This document shows positions 32,144 to 42,293 of a stretch of DNA of 45,162 nt, piece by piece (within the stretch, counting starts at the first letter, position 1; the number at the start of each line of letters is the position of its first letter). The DNA is from Candidatus Parcubacteria bacterium. Its GTDB lineage: Bacteria > Patescibacteriota > Minisyncoccia > Phycocordibacterales > CAYZPE01. The notes under the pieces are model-generated. The model had not been told where the DNA came from. It did not search any database and saw nothing but the letters and a program-made list of their open reading frames with translations. The position numbers and the translations under genes were made by a program. The stretch is from positions 1 through 45,162 of the forward strand of contig JBJOQC010000040.1 of assembly GCA_046050145.1 (NCBI GenBank). Direction: 5' to 3'.

Positions 32144-32791
32144 TTAACATCCATTATCACCCCTTGGAGAAGTGCCTGCCATAGCAACACACGATGGCGT
32201 GCTTAGCCGGCGCAAAAGCCTGTACTTGTCAAGCGCTGAAAGGATCTTTTGAGTGACATCATCAGCTTCAAATTCTGCATTGATGTCATAGACCGTCCAT
32301 CCAACCGCTCTGAAGGCATCCAAAATTGCAGGGGATTCCCGATGATAGAACTGAAACCGTTCCCAAATCGCACGTGGAGTGTCGTCTGGCCGATTACGTT
32401 TCAATGCACGTTCCATTGCCTTACCATCCGGCAAAACCAAATGAAAAACAACCACATCACCACTCTCATCCCGTTCAGAGAGAAGATCGTTCAGCATCAA
32501 GAACTGGGGGTGATTTCGAGGAAATCCCTCGAGAATTCGAGGTCTTCCATAATCAAGGTGACGGACAGTGTCAAGCACAAGAGGTTCAACAACATCATCG
32601 GACAAAGGCTTGCCACTACGAATTGTTCCACCATGAACCGCATCGAATTGCGGATCTGATCCGCACCTTTCTCGACATAAATCTCCTGAACCAATAAGCC
32701 GGTGACCCAACCGCATGGCAAGTGCCTTGCCTTGAGTCCCCTTACCGCATCCTTGAATGCCCTCCAACAAAATCGTCACTGGTGATTCCAT
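32144..32791 (-). CDS. Adenylate kinase-like nucleoside monophosphate kinase (G+C-rich, divergent)
   Basis: GGGAGGTG SD lies before ATG 32791. The P-loop is GIQGCGKGTQG and ILEGFPRNHPQ matches the (I/L)LDGFPR motif. There is no LID insertion. The C-terminal tail is unrelated to Adk. Confidence 0.65.
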   Translation of the reverse strand: MESPVTILLEGIQGCGKGTQGKALAMRLGHRLIGSGDLCRERCGSDPQFDAVHGGTIRSGKPLSDDVVEPLVLDTVRHLDYGRPRILEGFPRNHPQFLMLNDLLSERDESGDVVVFHLVLPDGKAMERALKRNRPDDTPRAIWERFQFYHRESPAILDAFRAVGWTVYDINAEFEADDVTQKILSALDKYRLLRRLSTPSCVAMAGTSPRGDNGC

Positions 32792-32862
32792 GCAACACCT
32801 CCCTGAAAAAAGGTTAGAGAAAAATTTCAATTAAAAAAACGAAGAACAAAGCCAGAGCATAT

Positions 32863-32890
32863 ATTATCGCATATATGCTATTTTTTCAAG
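32863..32890 (-). promoter_or_regulatory. Promoter (C)TTGAA(A)-N15/16-GATAAT with TGC extended -10
   Basis: On the minus strand GATAAT lies at 32868-32863 preceded by TGC, and TTGAAA at 32889-32884. Confidence 0.45.
32866..32881. promoter_or_regulatory. 15/16 copy of the ATAGCATATATGCTAT palindrome, plus an extra half-site
   Basis: The plus strand reads ATCGCATATATGCTAT at 32866-32881. An extra AGCATATAT half-site lies at 32856-32864. The site occupies the promoter spacer, as at 13487-13502. Confidence 0.45.
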
Positions 32891-32972
32891 CTGTTAGGTT
32901 TTAACTATCGGCTTATAAAAAGCGTGTCCTTGTGGACACACTTTTTTCCTAACACCTGAAAGCTAATAGCTA

Positions 32973-34487
32973 TTAGCTTACTAGGTTCTTTCCTGTCATA
33001 ACCTTTGGTTTTTTTATACCCAACAATGCAAGAATTGTTGGTGCAATATCAGCAAGGGTTCCATTGTCTGAAGTAAATTTATAATCCTTATGAGTCAAGA
33101 TTGCAGGCACTGGATTTGTTGTATGAGCAGTGTGTTTATTACCAGTTTCCAAATCAAAGTTTACTTCTGCATTTCCATGATCTGCCGTTATAAAAGCAAC
33201 ACCTCCCGCTCGTTCAACAATCTCAATAACTCTTCGAAGCTGTGTATCCACCTCTTCAATCGCTTCAATAATAGCTGGCACATTTGCAGTGTGTCCCACC
33301 ATGTCAGCATTGGCGAAGTTTATAAAAATAAAATCAATACCCATATTTACATACTCGATCGCTTTTTCTGCAATAGCTTCTGCGCGCATCTTAGGCGCCA
33401 TGTCATGAGTAGGCACATCTTTGCGACTCGCCAAAAGTTCATGTATTTCTCCTGGGTATGGTTTCTCAACTCCCCCATTTAAAAAGTATGTAGCATGAGG
33501 AAACTTTTCTGTTTCTGCAATATGAGCCTGTGTCATCCCTGCCTCTGAAACTTCTTTCGCAATCGTCGTATCTATTGCAACAGGTGGAAATGCCACAAGA
33601 CATTTAAACTCTGGACTATATTCTGTAAGCGTCACAAAGCAGACATTATTTTTATTCACTTTTTCAAGAATCTTTTGTGTAAGCTGTCGCGCTCTATCTG
33701 CACGGAAGTTGAAGAAAAATACACCATCATTGTCTTCTATAGCACATCCTCGTCCGTCTATCGTATGACAAACCAAAGGCTCTAGATGCTCATCGAGCTT
33801 TCCTTCTTTATATAAAGAGTCAACAAATTTTGAAGGCTCAATGGTGCACACATTTCCTTTACACTCAAAAAGAGCTTGCTCAACTTTTGAAACTCTATCC
33901 CAATTATTATCTCTATCCATTGCATAGAAACGTCCTGAAACTGTCGCGATAAAACCTACCTTAATTTCTTTCAATACATCTTCCAGCTCTTTTAAATATT
34001 TAGAAGCACTTTGTGGAGCTGTGTCTCGCCCGTCAGTAAAAACATGGACAGCGATTCTTTTTACCCCAGCTTTTTCTCCAGCTCGAAGAAATGCAAAAAG
34101 GTGCTCACTATGACTATGTACTCCACCTCCACCTAAAAGCCCTTGAACATGAAGAACGGAATTGTGTTTTTTTACATGATCAAAAAGTGCCTGAAAAGCA
34201 GGATTCTTTTCATACTCTCCAGTTTTAATAGACTTACCAATACGTACAAGTTCGGTATCTGCAGGTTTTCCCGCTCCAATTGTTGTATGTCCCACTTCAC
34301 TGTTACCCATTTGTCCTTCAGGGAGACCTACAGCAAGACCAGATGCTTCAAGAAGTGTGTGAGAATAGGTCTTCCAGAGATAATTAAAAAAAGGAGTTTT
34401 TGCTTGTGCAATTGCATTATGTACAACATCTTCTCGATAACCCCACCCATCAAGAACAATTAACACAACTGGTTTTTTTGATTTCAT
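32973..34487 (-). CDS. gpmI: 2,3-bisphosphoglycerate-independent phosphoglycerate mutase
   Basis: KKPVVLIVLDGWG, GNSEVGHTTIGAG (catalytic Ser) and ITADHGNAE. The start is set at ATG 34487. Confidence 0.92.
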   Translation of the reverse strand: MKSKKPVVLIVLDGWGYREDVVHNAIAQAKTPFFNYLWKTYSHTLLEASGLAVGLPEGQMGNSEVGHTTIGAGKPADTELVRIGKSIKTGEYEKNPAFQALFDHVKKHNSVLHVQGLLGGGGVHSHSEHLFAFLRAGEKAGVKRIAVHVFTDGRDTAPQSASKYLKELEDVLKEIKVGFIATVSGRFYAMDRDNNWDRVSKVEQALFECKGNVCTIEPSKFVDSLYKEGKLDEHLEPLVCHTIDGRGCAIEDNDGVFFFNFRADRARQLTQKILEKVNKNNVCFVTLTEYSPEFKCLVAFPPVAIDTTIAKEVSEAGMTQAHIAETEKFPHATYFLNGGVEKPYPGEIHELLASRKDVPTHDMAPKMRAEAIAEKAIEYVNMGIDFIFINFANADMVGHTANVPAIIEAIEEVDTQLRRVIEIVERAGGVAFITADHGNAEVNFDLETGNKHTAHTTNPVPAILTHKDYKFTSDNGTLADIAPTILALLGIKKPKVMTGKNLVS

Positions 34488-34683
34488 AGAAGAAAATTGT
34501 AACATGTAGCATATAACTTGTAACCTCAAAAATAAACAGGACGACTTAGGTAAATTTTATTTATCCTCTTAAGTTTTGGGTAGCAAAATTTTGAAGGACT
34601 TATAAAAAGACTTTGGGGCAATAAAAAAACCGCTGAAATTCAGCAGCTTCACGGACCCTCTCCGTGTGAGTATTATTCAAATT

Positions 34684-35145
34684 TTACCTAAACAACAGTG
34701 CGTGGCTTCGGAAATCTTTCACCTCATCTCGCCACCTCAAGTCAAACCGATGGCGAGATACACAGAGATGAGGAATGAATCCTCTTACCAAACCATCAGC
34801 ATACTTCTTGATAGCGACCGATTTGTAGGCAACAACCATCTCGTTTGGTCCAAAAACATCGATAAAGTGTTTGATTCCCATCCCTTGGATTGCCTCTAGA
34901 TCCTGCAATCCGAGACAGCGCTCAAGAAGACCTAAGCTCTTAAGGGCGTAGACATAATCTGACCCCCGCAAGGTTGGACTACTAAGCGCACGGTGATGTT
35001 GCCACTTTTCAAAATTCGAGCATTGAAATTCATCTGGACCTGTACGCTGAAGTTCTGGAAATGCGGGTTCCATCTCAATCGGAAAAATAGGAAGAAGCAC
35101 ACGATCAACACGAACAATATCAGATTGTGCAAGAATATTGCCCAT
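34684..35145 (-). CDS. Hypothetical protein (ORFan)
   Basis: A perfect AGGAGG lies 5 nt before ATG 35145. 153 aa, with hairpins downstream. Confidence 0.6.
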   Translation of the reverse strand: MGNILAQSDIVRVDRVLLPIFPIEMEPAFPELQRTGPDEFQCSNFEKWQHHRALSSPTLRGSDYVYALKSLGLLERCLGLQDLEAIQGMGIKHFIDVFGPNEMVVAYKSVAIKKYADGLVRGFIPHLCVSRHRFDLRWRDEVKDFRSHALLFR

Positions 35146-35292
35146 AATAACCTCCTAAAAGAACTTGAAACCTGTTTAATTACAAGTTTTTCCGGAATCT
35201 GGCGGAAACAGTTGCATTTCTATTTTGCTTTTTAAAGTATAACATATTTAAATTAAAAGTCAATAATAAAATACCCTGAAACACTCCCAATC

Positions 35293-35327
35293 AAAAGCCC
35301 AGTTTCGCTTCGCGAAACTGGGTTTTT
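35293..35327. terminator. Bidirectional intrinsic terminator
   Basis: CCCAGTTTCGC-TTC-GCGAAACTGGG flanked by A4 and T5. Confidence 0.8.
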
Positions 35328-35358
35328 GATTTTCCTAACAGCTAAAACCTAAAAGCTT

Positions 35359-36660
<1,302 letters not shown>

Positions 36661-36710
36661 TTAATAACAGAAGGCAATTGTATCATTATAAAGTTTATAT
36701 AATCAAGATT

Positions 36711-37310
36711 TTAGAGAGATGTTTGTTTTACCTCAGTTTTTCCTACTTCGTCAGTGACTATTCTTACTGTCTGGTGTTTTTCAGAAACCTTATGATGTTG
36801 TGTAAAGATTATCTTTTTAGCGCCCTCAGGATCAGCGACATGGTGAATAAAAAATTCCTTACTATCTTCTGAAGCTGTCTGAACATGAATATCACCAAAA
36901 TTAAAGAAGGTGGCAATGATCCCCTTCACCTCAACAGACACGTCCTGTATTTTGTCGAAACGAATATTCGAAACACTTCGATGAAAGATCCTCTTCTGGT
37001 CAATATCGATAATACGCTTATCTGTCACATACCAGACATCGAGATAATAATTGGTCCACTGTATGAAAAAAGAAACCCATAGTCCCAATACCCACAAGAT
37101 ATATACAAAAAGTGAAAGATATAAAAAAGAACCTGTAAGTGAAATGTGAAGTGTCTCTGGTAAAAGACGACTATTCCAGACTAGGTATGCACAGATAGGA
37201 AGCAGGGCACCTCCCACAAAAGCAATTGTTGCAGGCAAAAATACAAACCAGTGTTTGCGCACCTCGAGCAATACTTTTTCTCCCGGATCAAGATTAAGAG
37301 CTTTTACCAT
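36711..37310 (-). CDS. Membrane protein with a bacterial PH (DUF304/YdbT-like) domain
   Basis: Two TM helices followed by YYLDVWYVTDKRIIDIDQKRIFHRSVSNIRFDKIQDV. Confidence 0.65.
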   Translation of the reverse strand: MVKALNLDPGEKVLLEVRKHWFVFLPATIAFVGGALLPICAYLVWNSRLLPETLHISLTGSFLYLSLFVYILWVLGLWVSFFIQWTNYYLDVWYVTDKRIIDIDQKRIFHRSVSNIRFDKIQDVSVEVKGIIATFFNFGDIHVQTASEDSKEFFIHHVADPEGAKKIIFTQHHKVSEKHQTVRIVTDEVGKTEVKQTSL

Positions 37311-37316
37311 AGTATT

Positions 37317-37568
37317 TTATATGAGAATAATACAAAGCACCGCTAAACAAAAAAGACTTAGAGAAACAATGAAATAAGTAATTTCTGCACGAATAATCAG
37401 GCGACTTTTCATACCGTAGGTTCTCCAGTGATATACAAGAATACAACTTAAAACTGCGTATATCAAAAACACAAAACCAAGAACATACCAGAGTGCCTTT
37501 GGACTTTGCACGAAACCAATAAAGCGTTCAGGGCTAAAAAAATCACTTATCAACTGAAGAAATTCCAT
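37317..37568 (-). CDS. Hypothetical small membrane protein
   Basis: The start is set at ATG 37568, because the longer ORF would run through a terminator hairpin. There are two TM helices. Confidence 0.45.
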   Translation of the reverse strand: MEFLQLISDFFSPERFIGFVQSPKALWYVLGFVFLIYAVLSCILVYHWRTYGMKSRLIIRAEITYFIVSLSLFCLAVLCIILI

Positions 37569-37605
37569 GTATCTATTATACCAACAATTAACATCCAGTA
37601 GAAAT

Positions 37606-37646
37606 GAAAAATCCCCACGGTTTCGTATACACAAAACCGTGGGGAT
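37606..37646 (-). terminator. Intrinsic terminator
   Basis: 13-bp stem ATCCCCACGGTTT/AAACCGTGGGGAT followed on the minus strand by T5. Confidence 0.75.
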
Positions 37647-37668
37647 TTTAAAATTCTCATTTTTCATA

Positions 37669-37860
37669 CTACACAGGTTGCCTGAGCATCATCTGACGCA
37701 GATGAGTTTCAAGCAAACGCCGATGTTTCACCGAATGACCATCAATACCCACATTCGAAAGCGCCCGAATCAGATCAGATGTCTTGCAAGCTCCATCTGG
37801 AAACTGCTGAAGAAGATTCTTCGCAGCTATTAGATACGGATCCTCACGTTCAGTAGTCAT
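37669..37860 (-). CDS. Hypothetical small protein (ORFan)
   Basis: AAAGGGG lies before ATG 37860 (MTTEREDPY...). 63 aa, with its own terminator. Confidence 0.45.
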   Translation of the reverse strand: MTTEREDPYLIAAKNLLQQFPDGACKTSDLIRALSNVGIDGHSVKHRRLLETHLRQMMLRQPV

Positions 37861-37939
37861 GCGAAACCCCTTTAAGATATGAAATAACATGTTAAAACGC
37901 CAGAGTCAATAATAGGACATTTTTAGATAAAAGTCAATA

Positions 37940-37948
37940 TTATCCACA
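37940..37948 (+). promoter_or_regulatory. Perfect DnaA-box consensus TTATCCACA
   Basis: Exact 9-mer in the 63-nt gap between the TruB-like gene and the small ORFan. Confidence 0.5.
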
Positions 37949-37953
37949 GATAT

Positions 37954-38691
37954 TTAAGGAAGTTTATACGAGCCTATACTAAGCCTTTTTATAGACAAAG
38001 CTATTCCACAAGAACCTAATTTTTGTGCCAACATGTGCGCGAGAGATCTAACGTATGTACCACTAGAACATTCCACAGTAAATAAAGAAATGCTGTAAAT
38101 TTCTTTATTTTGAAGTGCCAGTGTCCAACCTTTACATATTTCCTCTTGTCTAAAATCACCCGCAACAGCACTCACCCCGCCCACAATATATTCTTTTAAA
38201 TCCTTTTGAGATATTTGTTTACTTCCTTCATATGTAAGATTAAAAATTTCAATTTCTTTTGTTGGAATATCTATTTCATCTAAAGCTCCCTCTCTGGCCC
38301 ATGCAAATAAAGGTTTACCTTGTACAGGTTTTGATGAATAGACCGGATACACCTGTGTTCTTTTTCCTAAAAACAAAGGGAGCGTAGCTTGAATATCTTT
38401 TTCTTGAGGAATATTTTTTGATTGAGAAATAACCAAACCTAGGGAATCGTATGTATCAGTTTCAAAACCCCAGAGAATTTCAAAGCTATATGTTTTCGGA
38501 AGAGAGATGAATTCATCCTTCTTATGTACATCTTCTCCCGTAAGAAAAATGAGAAGTCCTTCTGCCAAAGGATCGAGACGTCCAGCATATGTAACAGAAA
38601 CATCCTTACCTAATCCATGTAAGTCCTTAAAATGTTTTAGACATTCAAGTGGTGTTTCTCCTCTTTTTTTGTATACAGTAGCAATCGCCAT
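37954..38691 (-). CDS. Second TruB-family pseudouridine synthase (no PUA domain)
   Basis: YAGRLDPLAEGLLIFL carries the TruB-type catalytic Asp motif. GTYVRSL is also present. 245 aa. Confidence 0.7.
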   Translation of the reverse strand: MAIATVYKKRGETPLECLKHFKDLHGLGKDVSVTYAGRLDPLAEGLLIFLTGEDVHKKDEFISLPKTYSFEILWGFETDTYDSLGLVISQSKNIPQEKDIQATLPLFLGKRTQVYPVYSSKPVQGKPLFAWAREGALDEIDIPTKEIEIFNLTYEGSKQISQKDLKEYIVGGVSAVAGDFRQEEICKGWTLALQNKEIYSISLFTVECSSGTYVRSLAHMLAQKLGSCGIALSIKRLSIGSYKLP

Positions 38692-38733
38692 TTCCTTGTT
38701 CTTAAAGGGTTATTTCGCTACAATGTCATAATT

Positions 38734-40038
38734 ATGGTGAAAAAACAAACGAACGAAACTTCAGGAATAAGCACAGAAAGCTACAAAGGTGTACGCGACT
38801 TCTATCCTGAAGACATGCGTGTTCAAAAATATATATTTGAAAAGATGAGAGAGGTTACAGAAAGTTTTGGATATGAAGAATACAATGCTTCAATCCTTGA
38901 ACCAGCAGAACTCTACGAAGCAAAAAGTGGAGAAGAAATTGTAAACGAACAAACATATACCTTTACTGATAGAGGTGGAAGAAAAGTAACTCTTCGTCCA
39001 GAAATGACTCCAACTGTTGCTCGTATGATCGCAAGTAGAAGTAAGAGCATGGCACTCCCCGCTCGTTGGTACGCAATACCAAACCTCTTCCGCTACGAAC
39101 AACCTCAAAAAGGGCGTCTGCGAGAACATTTTCAGCTTAATGTGGATATTTTTGGAACTGAGGGAGTTGAAGCTGATATAGAAATCATATCTCTTGCGTC
39201 AACACTCATGAGTAGTTTTGGTGCAAAGAATAGTGACTACGTAATAAAAGTAAACAATAGAAAAGTCGTTGAAGCTTTATATAAACACTACGGAGTAAGC
39301 GAAGAAGATTCTTACAAACTTTCAAAACTGATTGATAAGAAAAACAAAATAAGCCCTGAGACTTTTGATAAGGGTATTGAACTTATCCTCAAAGAAAAAT
39401 CTGCTGAATTTAAAGCAGTCCTTTCTTCAAATAAAGAAATTATTCAGACTGTTGGCGAAACACACGAAGGGGTGATTGAGCTCGCAAAAGTAGTAGAGAG
39501 TCTTAATGCGCTCGGTATTTCAAATGTTATTTTTGACCAGACTCTGATGCGTGGTTTTGACTACTACACAGGAATCATCTTTGAAATATTTGATACGAAC
39601 CCAGATAATATGCGATCTCTGTTTGGTGGAGGCAGATTTGATGACCTTACAACCCTCTTTGGTGGAAAAAAGATTCCTGCTGTTGGTTTTGGTGCAGGTG
39701 ATGTGACCCTTAAAGACTTTCTTGAACTACACAACCTTCTTCCTGTGTTCAATACGAGAGCTCACGTATATATCGCAAGACCTGACAAGACTCCAGTACT
39801 TGAGGCTATGAAAATAGCGTCTCTTTTACGAAAAGAAGGTCTTGAAACAATAGTAGAACTTGAAGATAAAAAAATCGGTGATCAAATCAAACGTGCCGAA
39901 AAAGCTGGAGTATCTCATGTATTGTTTGTAGGAGAAGAAGAAATCAAAACCCAAATATTTTCTCTTAAAAACCTTTCTTCAAAAGAAGAAGTCAAAAAGA
40001 CACTTTCCGAAATCAAGGAGTACATACTTAGTAAATAA
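38734..40038 (+). CDS. hisS: Histidine--tRNA ligase
   Basis: RYEQPQKGRLREHFQLNVDIFG (motif 2), GGGRFDDL and AVGFGAG (motif 3), plus a C-terminal anticodon-binding domain. Confidence 0.93.
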   Translation: MVKKQTNETSGISTESYKGVRDFYPEDMRVQKYIFEKMREVTESFGYEEYNASILEPAELYEAKSGEEIVNEQTYTFTDRGGRKVTLRPEMTPTVARMIASRSKSMALPARWYAIPNLFRYEQPQKGRLREHFQLNVDIFGTEGVEADIEIISLASTLMSSFGAKNSDYVIKVNNRKVVEALYKHYGVSEEDSYKLSKLIDKKNKISPETFDKGIELILKEKSAEFKAVLSSNKEIIQTVGETHEGVIELAKVVESLNALGISNVIFDQTLMRGFDYYTGIIFEIFDTNPDNMRSLFGGGRFDDLTTLFGGKKIPAVGFGAGDVTLKDFLELHNLLPVFNTRAHVYIARPDKTPVLEAMKIASLLRKEGLETIVELEDKKIGDQIKRAEKAGVSHVLFVGEEEIKTQIFSLKNLSSKEEVKKTLSEIKEYILSK

Positions 40039-40052
40039 CTAGATATTTTTCT

Positions 40053-40628
40053 ATGCGAAAAATTGTTTTTGATATTGAAACAAAAAATACATTCCAAGAG
40101 GTTGGATCAACCGAGTCTACAGCATTAGACATATCACTTGTAGGGGTGTATGACTCAAAAACTGATTCATATTCTTCATATCTTGAAAATGAACTAGGAA
40201 AACTCTGGCCCCTCCTTGAGAGTGCAGACATGATTATTGGATACAATTCTCTCCATTTCGATCTACCTCTTCTCAATAAGTATTATCATGGCGACCTCTC
40301 TCGCATAAAGCATATTGACCTACTTAAAGAAATACGAGACTCGGTAGGAAGAAGAATGAAACTTGATCAAGTGGCCGAAGGAACTCTCGGCCTCAAAAAA
40401 TCTGGCCATGGACTGCAAGCAATCACCTGGTGGCGACAAGGCGAAATAGAAAAAATTCGTAAATACTGTCTCGATGACGTAAAGCTTACAAAAGAACTTT
40501 ACGAATACGCCCTCAAAAACAAATCTCTCAAATTTAAAGAAGGGCCTTCTATTCTCGATATCAAACTCGATCCTTCAAACTGGGAAAAAGTTGAAGATAG
40601 TGGACTCACCTTTTCACTTCCTTTTTAA
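40053..40628 (+). CDS. DEDD-type 3'-5' exonuclease (RNase H-like fold)
   Basis: VFDIET (ExoI), GYNSLHFDLPLL (ExoII) and YCLDDVKLT (ExoIII). Confidence 0.7.
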   Translation: MRKIVFDIETKNTFQEVGSTESTALDISLVGVYDSKTDSYSSYLENELGKLWPLLESADMIIGYNSLHFDLPLLNKYYHGDLSRIKHIDLLKEIRDSVGRRMKLDQVAEGTLGLKKSGHGLQAITWWRQGEIEKIRKYCLDDVKLTKELYEYALKNKSLKFKEGPSILDIKLDPSNWEKVEDSGLTFSLPF

Positions 40629-41428
40629 AGGAAAATAACTATACAAATAGCGAGAAGTACACGATACCAGATAAAAACCTTCAAAGTTCTGTATTTTAGA
40701 AATGTTACCAAAAAATGAATAGCGAGAAGTCCTACCGCAAAAGAAGCAATTGACCCTGCAATAACAGAAAGCAAAGATACTGATATAGAACCTGCTTCAT
40801 ATGTAAGAATACTCTTTACAAAAGCTCCAAAAATAACAGGAACAGAAAGTAAGAAACTAAATCGAACAGCACTCTCTCTAGAAAAGCCGATGATCATCCC
40901 CCCAGAAATAGTCGCTCCTGATCGAGAGATACCAGGAATAAGAGCGAGAGACTGAAAAAGCCCCACCTGAAAAGATTTTTTTAAAGAAAGTACCCCATCC
41001 TTGAGAGAATACTTTTCATAAAACCACTCTGCAAACCACATCAGGAGACTTCCTAGAACAAGAGAAAGAGCGACCAAAGTACTTGATCGAAAGACTTTCT
41101 CAAACATACTACCTAAAAAAAGCCCGAGTACTACAGCGGGTAATGTTGCCAAAGCAATCATTCCCACAAATTCACGCTCTGGACGTACAGCTCTTCTCAA
41201 GACAACTCTGTAAGTTGAAATAATAAGAGATTTAATATCAGACCAAAAATATACAACAACAGCAGAAAGTGTTCCTACGTGAAGAAAAATATCGAATACA
41301 AGAGTTTGTGAAATATCAATACCAAATAACTCACGAACAATAATAAGATGTCCTGAGGAAGACACAGGAATAAATTCAGACAATCCCTGAACAATACCTA
41401 AAAGCAAACTCTGAAAAAATTCTTGCAT
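40625..41428 (-). CDS. uppP: Undecaprenyl-diphosphate phosphatase
   Basis: 267 aa and polytopic. EFIPVSSSGHL and PGISRSGATI are the BacA/UppP signatures. Confidence 0.9.
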   Translation of the reverse strand: MQEFFQSLLLGIVQGLSEFIPVSSSGHLIIVRELFGIDISQTLVFDIFLHVGTLSAVVVYFWSDIKSLIISTYRVVLRRAVRPEREFVGMIALATLPAVVLGLFLGSMFEKVFRSSTLVALSLVLGSLLMWFAEWFYEKYSLKDGVLSLKKSFQVGLFQSLALIPGISRSGATISGGMIIGFSRESAVRFSFLLSVPVIFGAFVKSILTYEAGSISVSLLSVIAGSIASFAVGLLAIHFLVTFLKYRTLKVFIWYRVLLAICIVIFL

Positions 41429-41431
41429 ATA

Positions 41432-42193
41432 TTACTCAAAGAAAGATAGCAGAAACATCAAAGCAAACCCTAACACAATTGCAAATAATTGAACTAATGA
41501 ATGCTTAATATTTGATGTTTTGTGAAGCTCAGGCACAAGATCACTTCCTGCTATGTATATAAAACCTCCTGCGGCAAAAGCTAGACATAATGTAGAAAAA
41601 TCTACAAGAGAGTTTTGTAATGCATAAGCAACAAAAATACCTAGAAATGCACAGAGAGCTGAAATAAAATTAAAAAGAAGTGCCTTTACCCTACTTAACC
41701 CTGAGTGGAGCAAAATACCGAAGTCCCCAATCTCTTGTGGAAGTTCATGAAGAAGCACAGCGAGAGTTGTCGCAATACCAAGAGGAACACTTACCATATA
41801 CGAAGAAGTAATAATGATTCCATCGATAAAATTATGGAAACCATCAGCAGTAAGTATCACAGAACGAAGAGCTGTATGGTGAGCTCCTTCATGATCATCA
41901 CAATCTTCTGCATCGACAGAGTGTGTATGTCTCCAATGAACAAATTTTTCTAGTACAAAAAAAGAAATAAAACCTGTAAAAATAAGTACGGAAGCGGAAG
42001 TTGCAGAAATAACCTCAAAAACTTCAGGAATAATATGAATAAAAACATCTCCAAAAAGTACACCCACCGAAAAGCTTACGAGTACAAAAACGATACGAGA
42101 CAAAAAACGAGGAGTAAGGAGTAGTGTAAATACACCCACAAAAGAAGCGAGACTCACAGCAAAAACACTGAGGAGAGCGTATGTAAATACCAT
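41432..42193 (-). CDS. ZIP-family divalent metal transporter
   Basis: The HELPQEIGDF motif is present, with His-rich loops (HWRHTH, DDHEGAHH). 253 aa and polytopic. Confidence 0.85.
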   Translation of the reverse strand: MVFTYALLSVFAVSLASFVGVFTLLLTPRFLSRIVFVLVSFSVGVLFGDVFIHIIPEVFEVISATSASVLIFTGFISFFVLEKFVHWRHTHSVDAEDCDDHEGAHHTALRSVILTADGFHNFIDGIIITSSYMVSVPLGIATTLAVLLHELPQEIGDFGILLHSGLSRVKALLFNFISALCAFLGIFVAYALQNSLVDFSTLCLAFAAGGFIYIAGSDLVPELHKTSNIKHSLVQLFAIVLGFALMFLLSFFE

Positions 42194-42293
42194 AGAGACT
42201 AAATTACCATAAAAAAGACTTATATTCTAGAGATGTACAGTGCCAGGGAGAGCGGGTATAATATCCTTTATCTTTTATTAATTTATAAACACT

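Noticed and set aside
37569-37667. The N-terminal extension of ORF 37317-37667. Similar 5' extensions occur at 7857-7892, 19769-19795, 20068-20115, 20233-20328, 32792-32830 and 34488-34529.
   Set aside because: The extensions run through terminator hairpins or promoters, or they lack homology to the family N-termini. Internal ATGs give canonical N-termini and, where visible, SD sequences.
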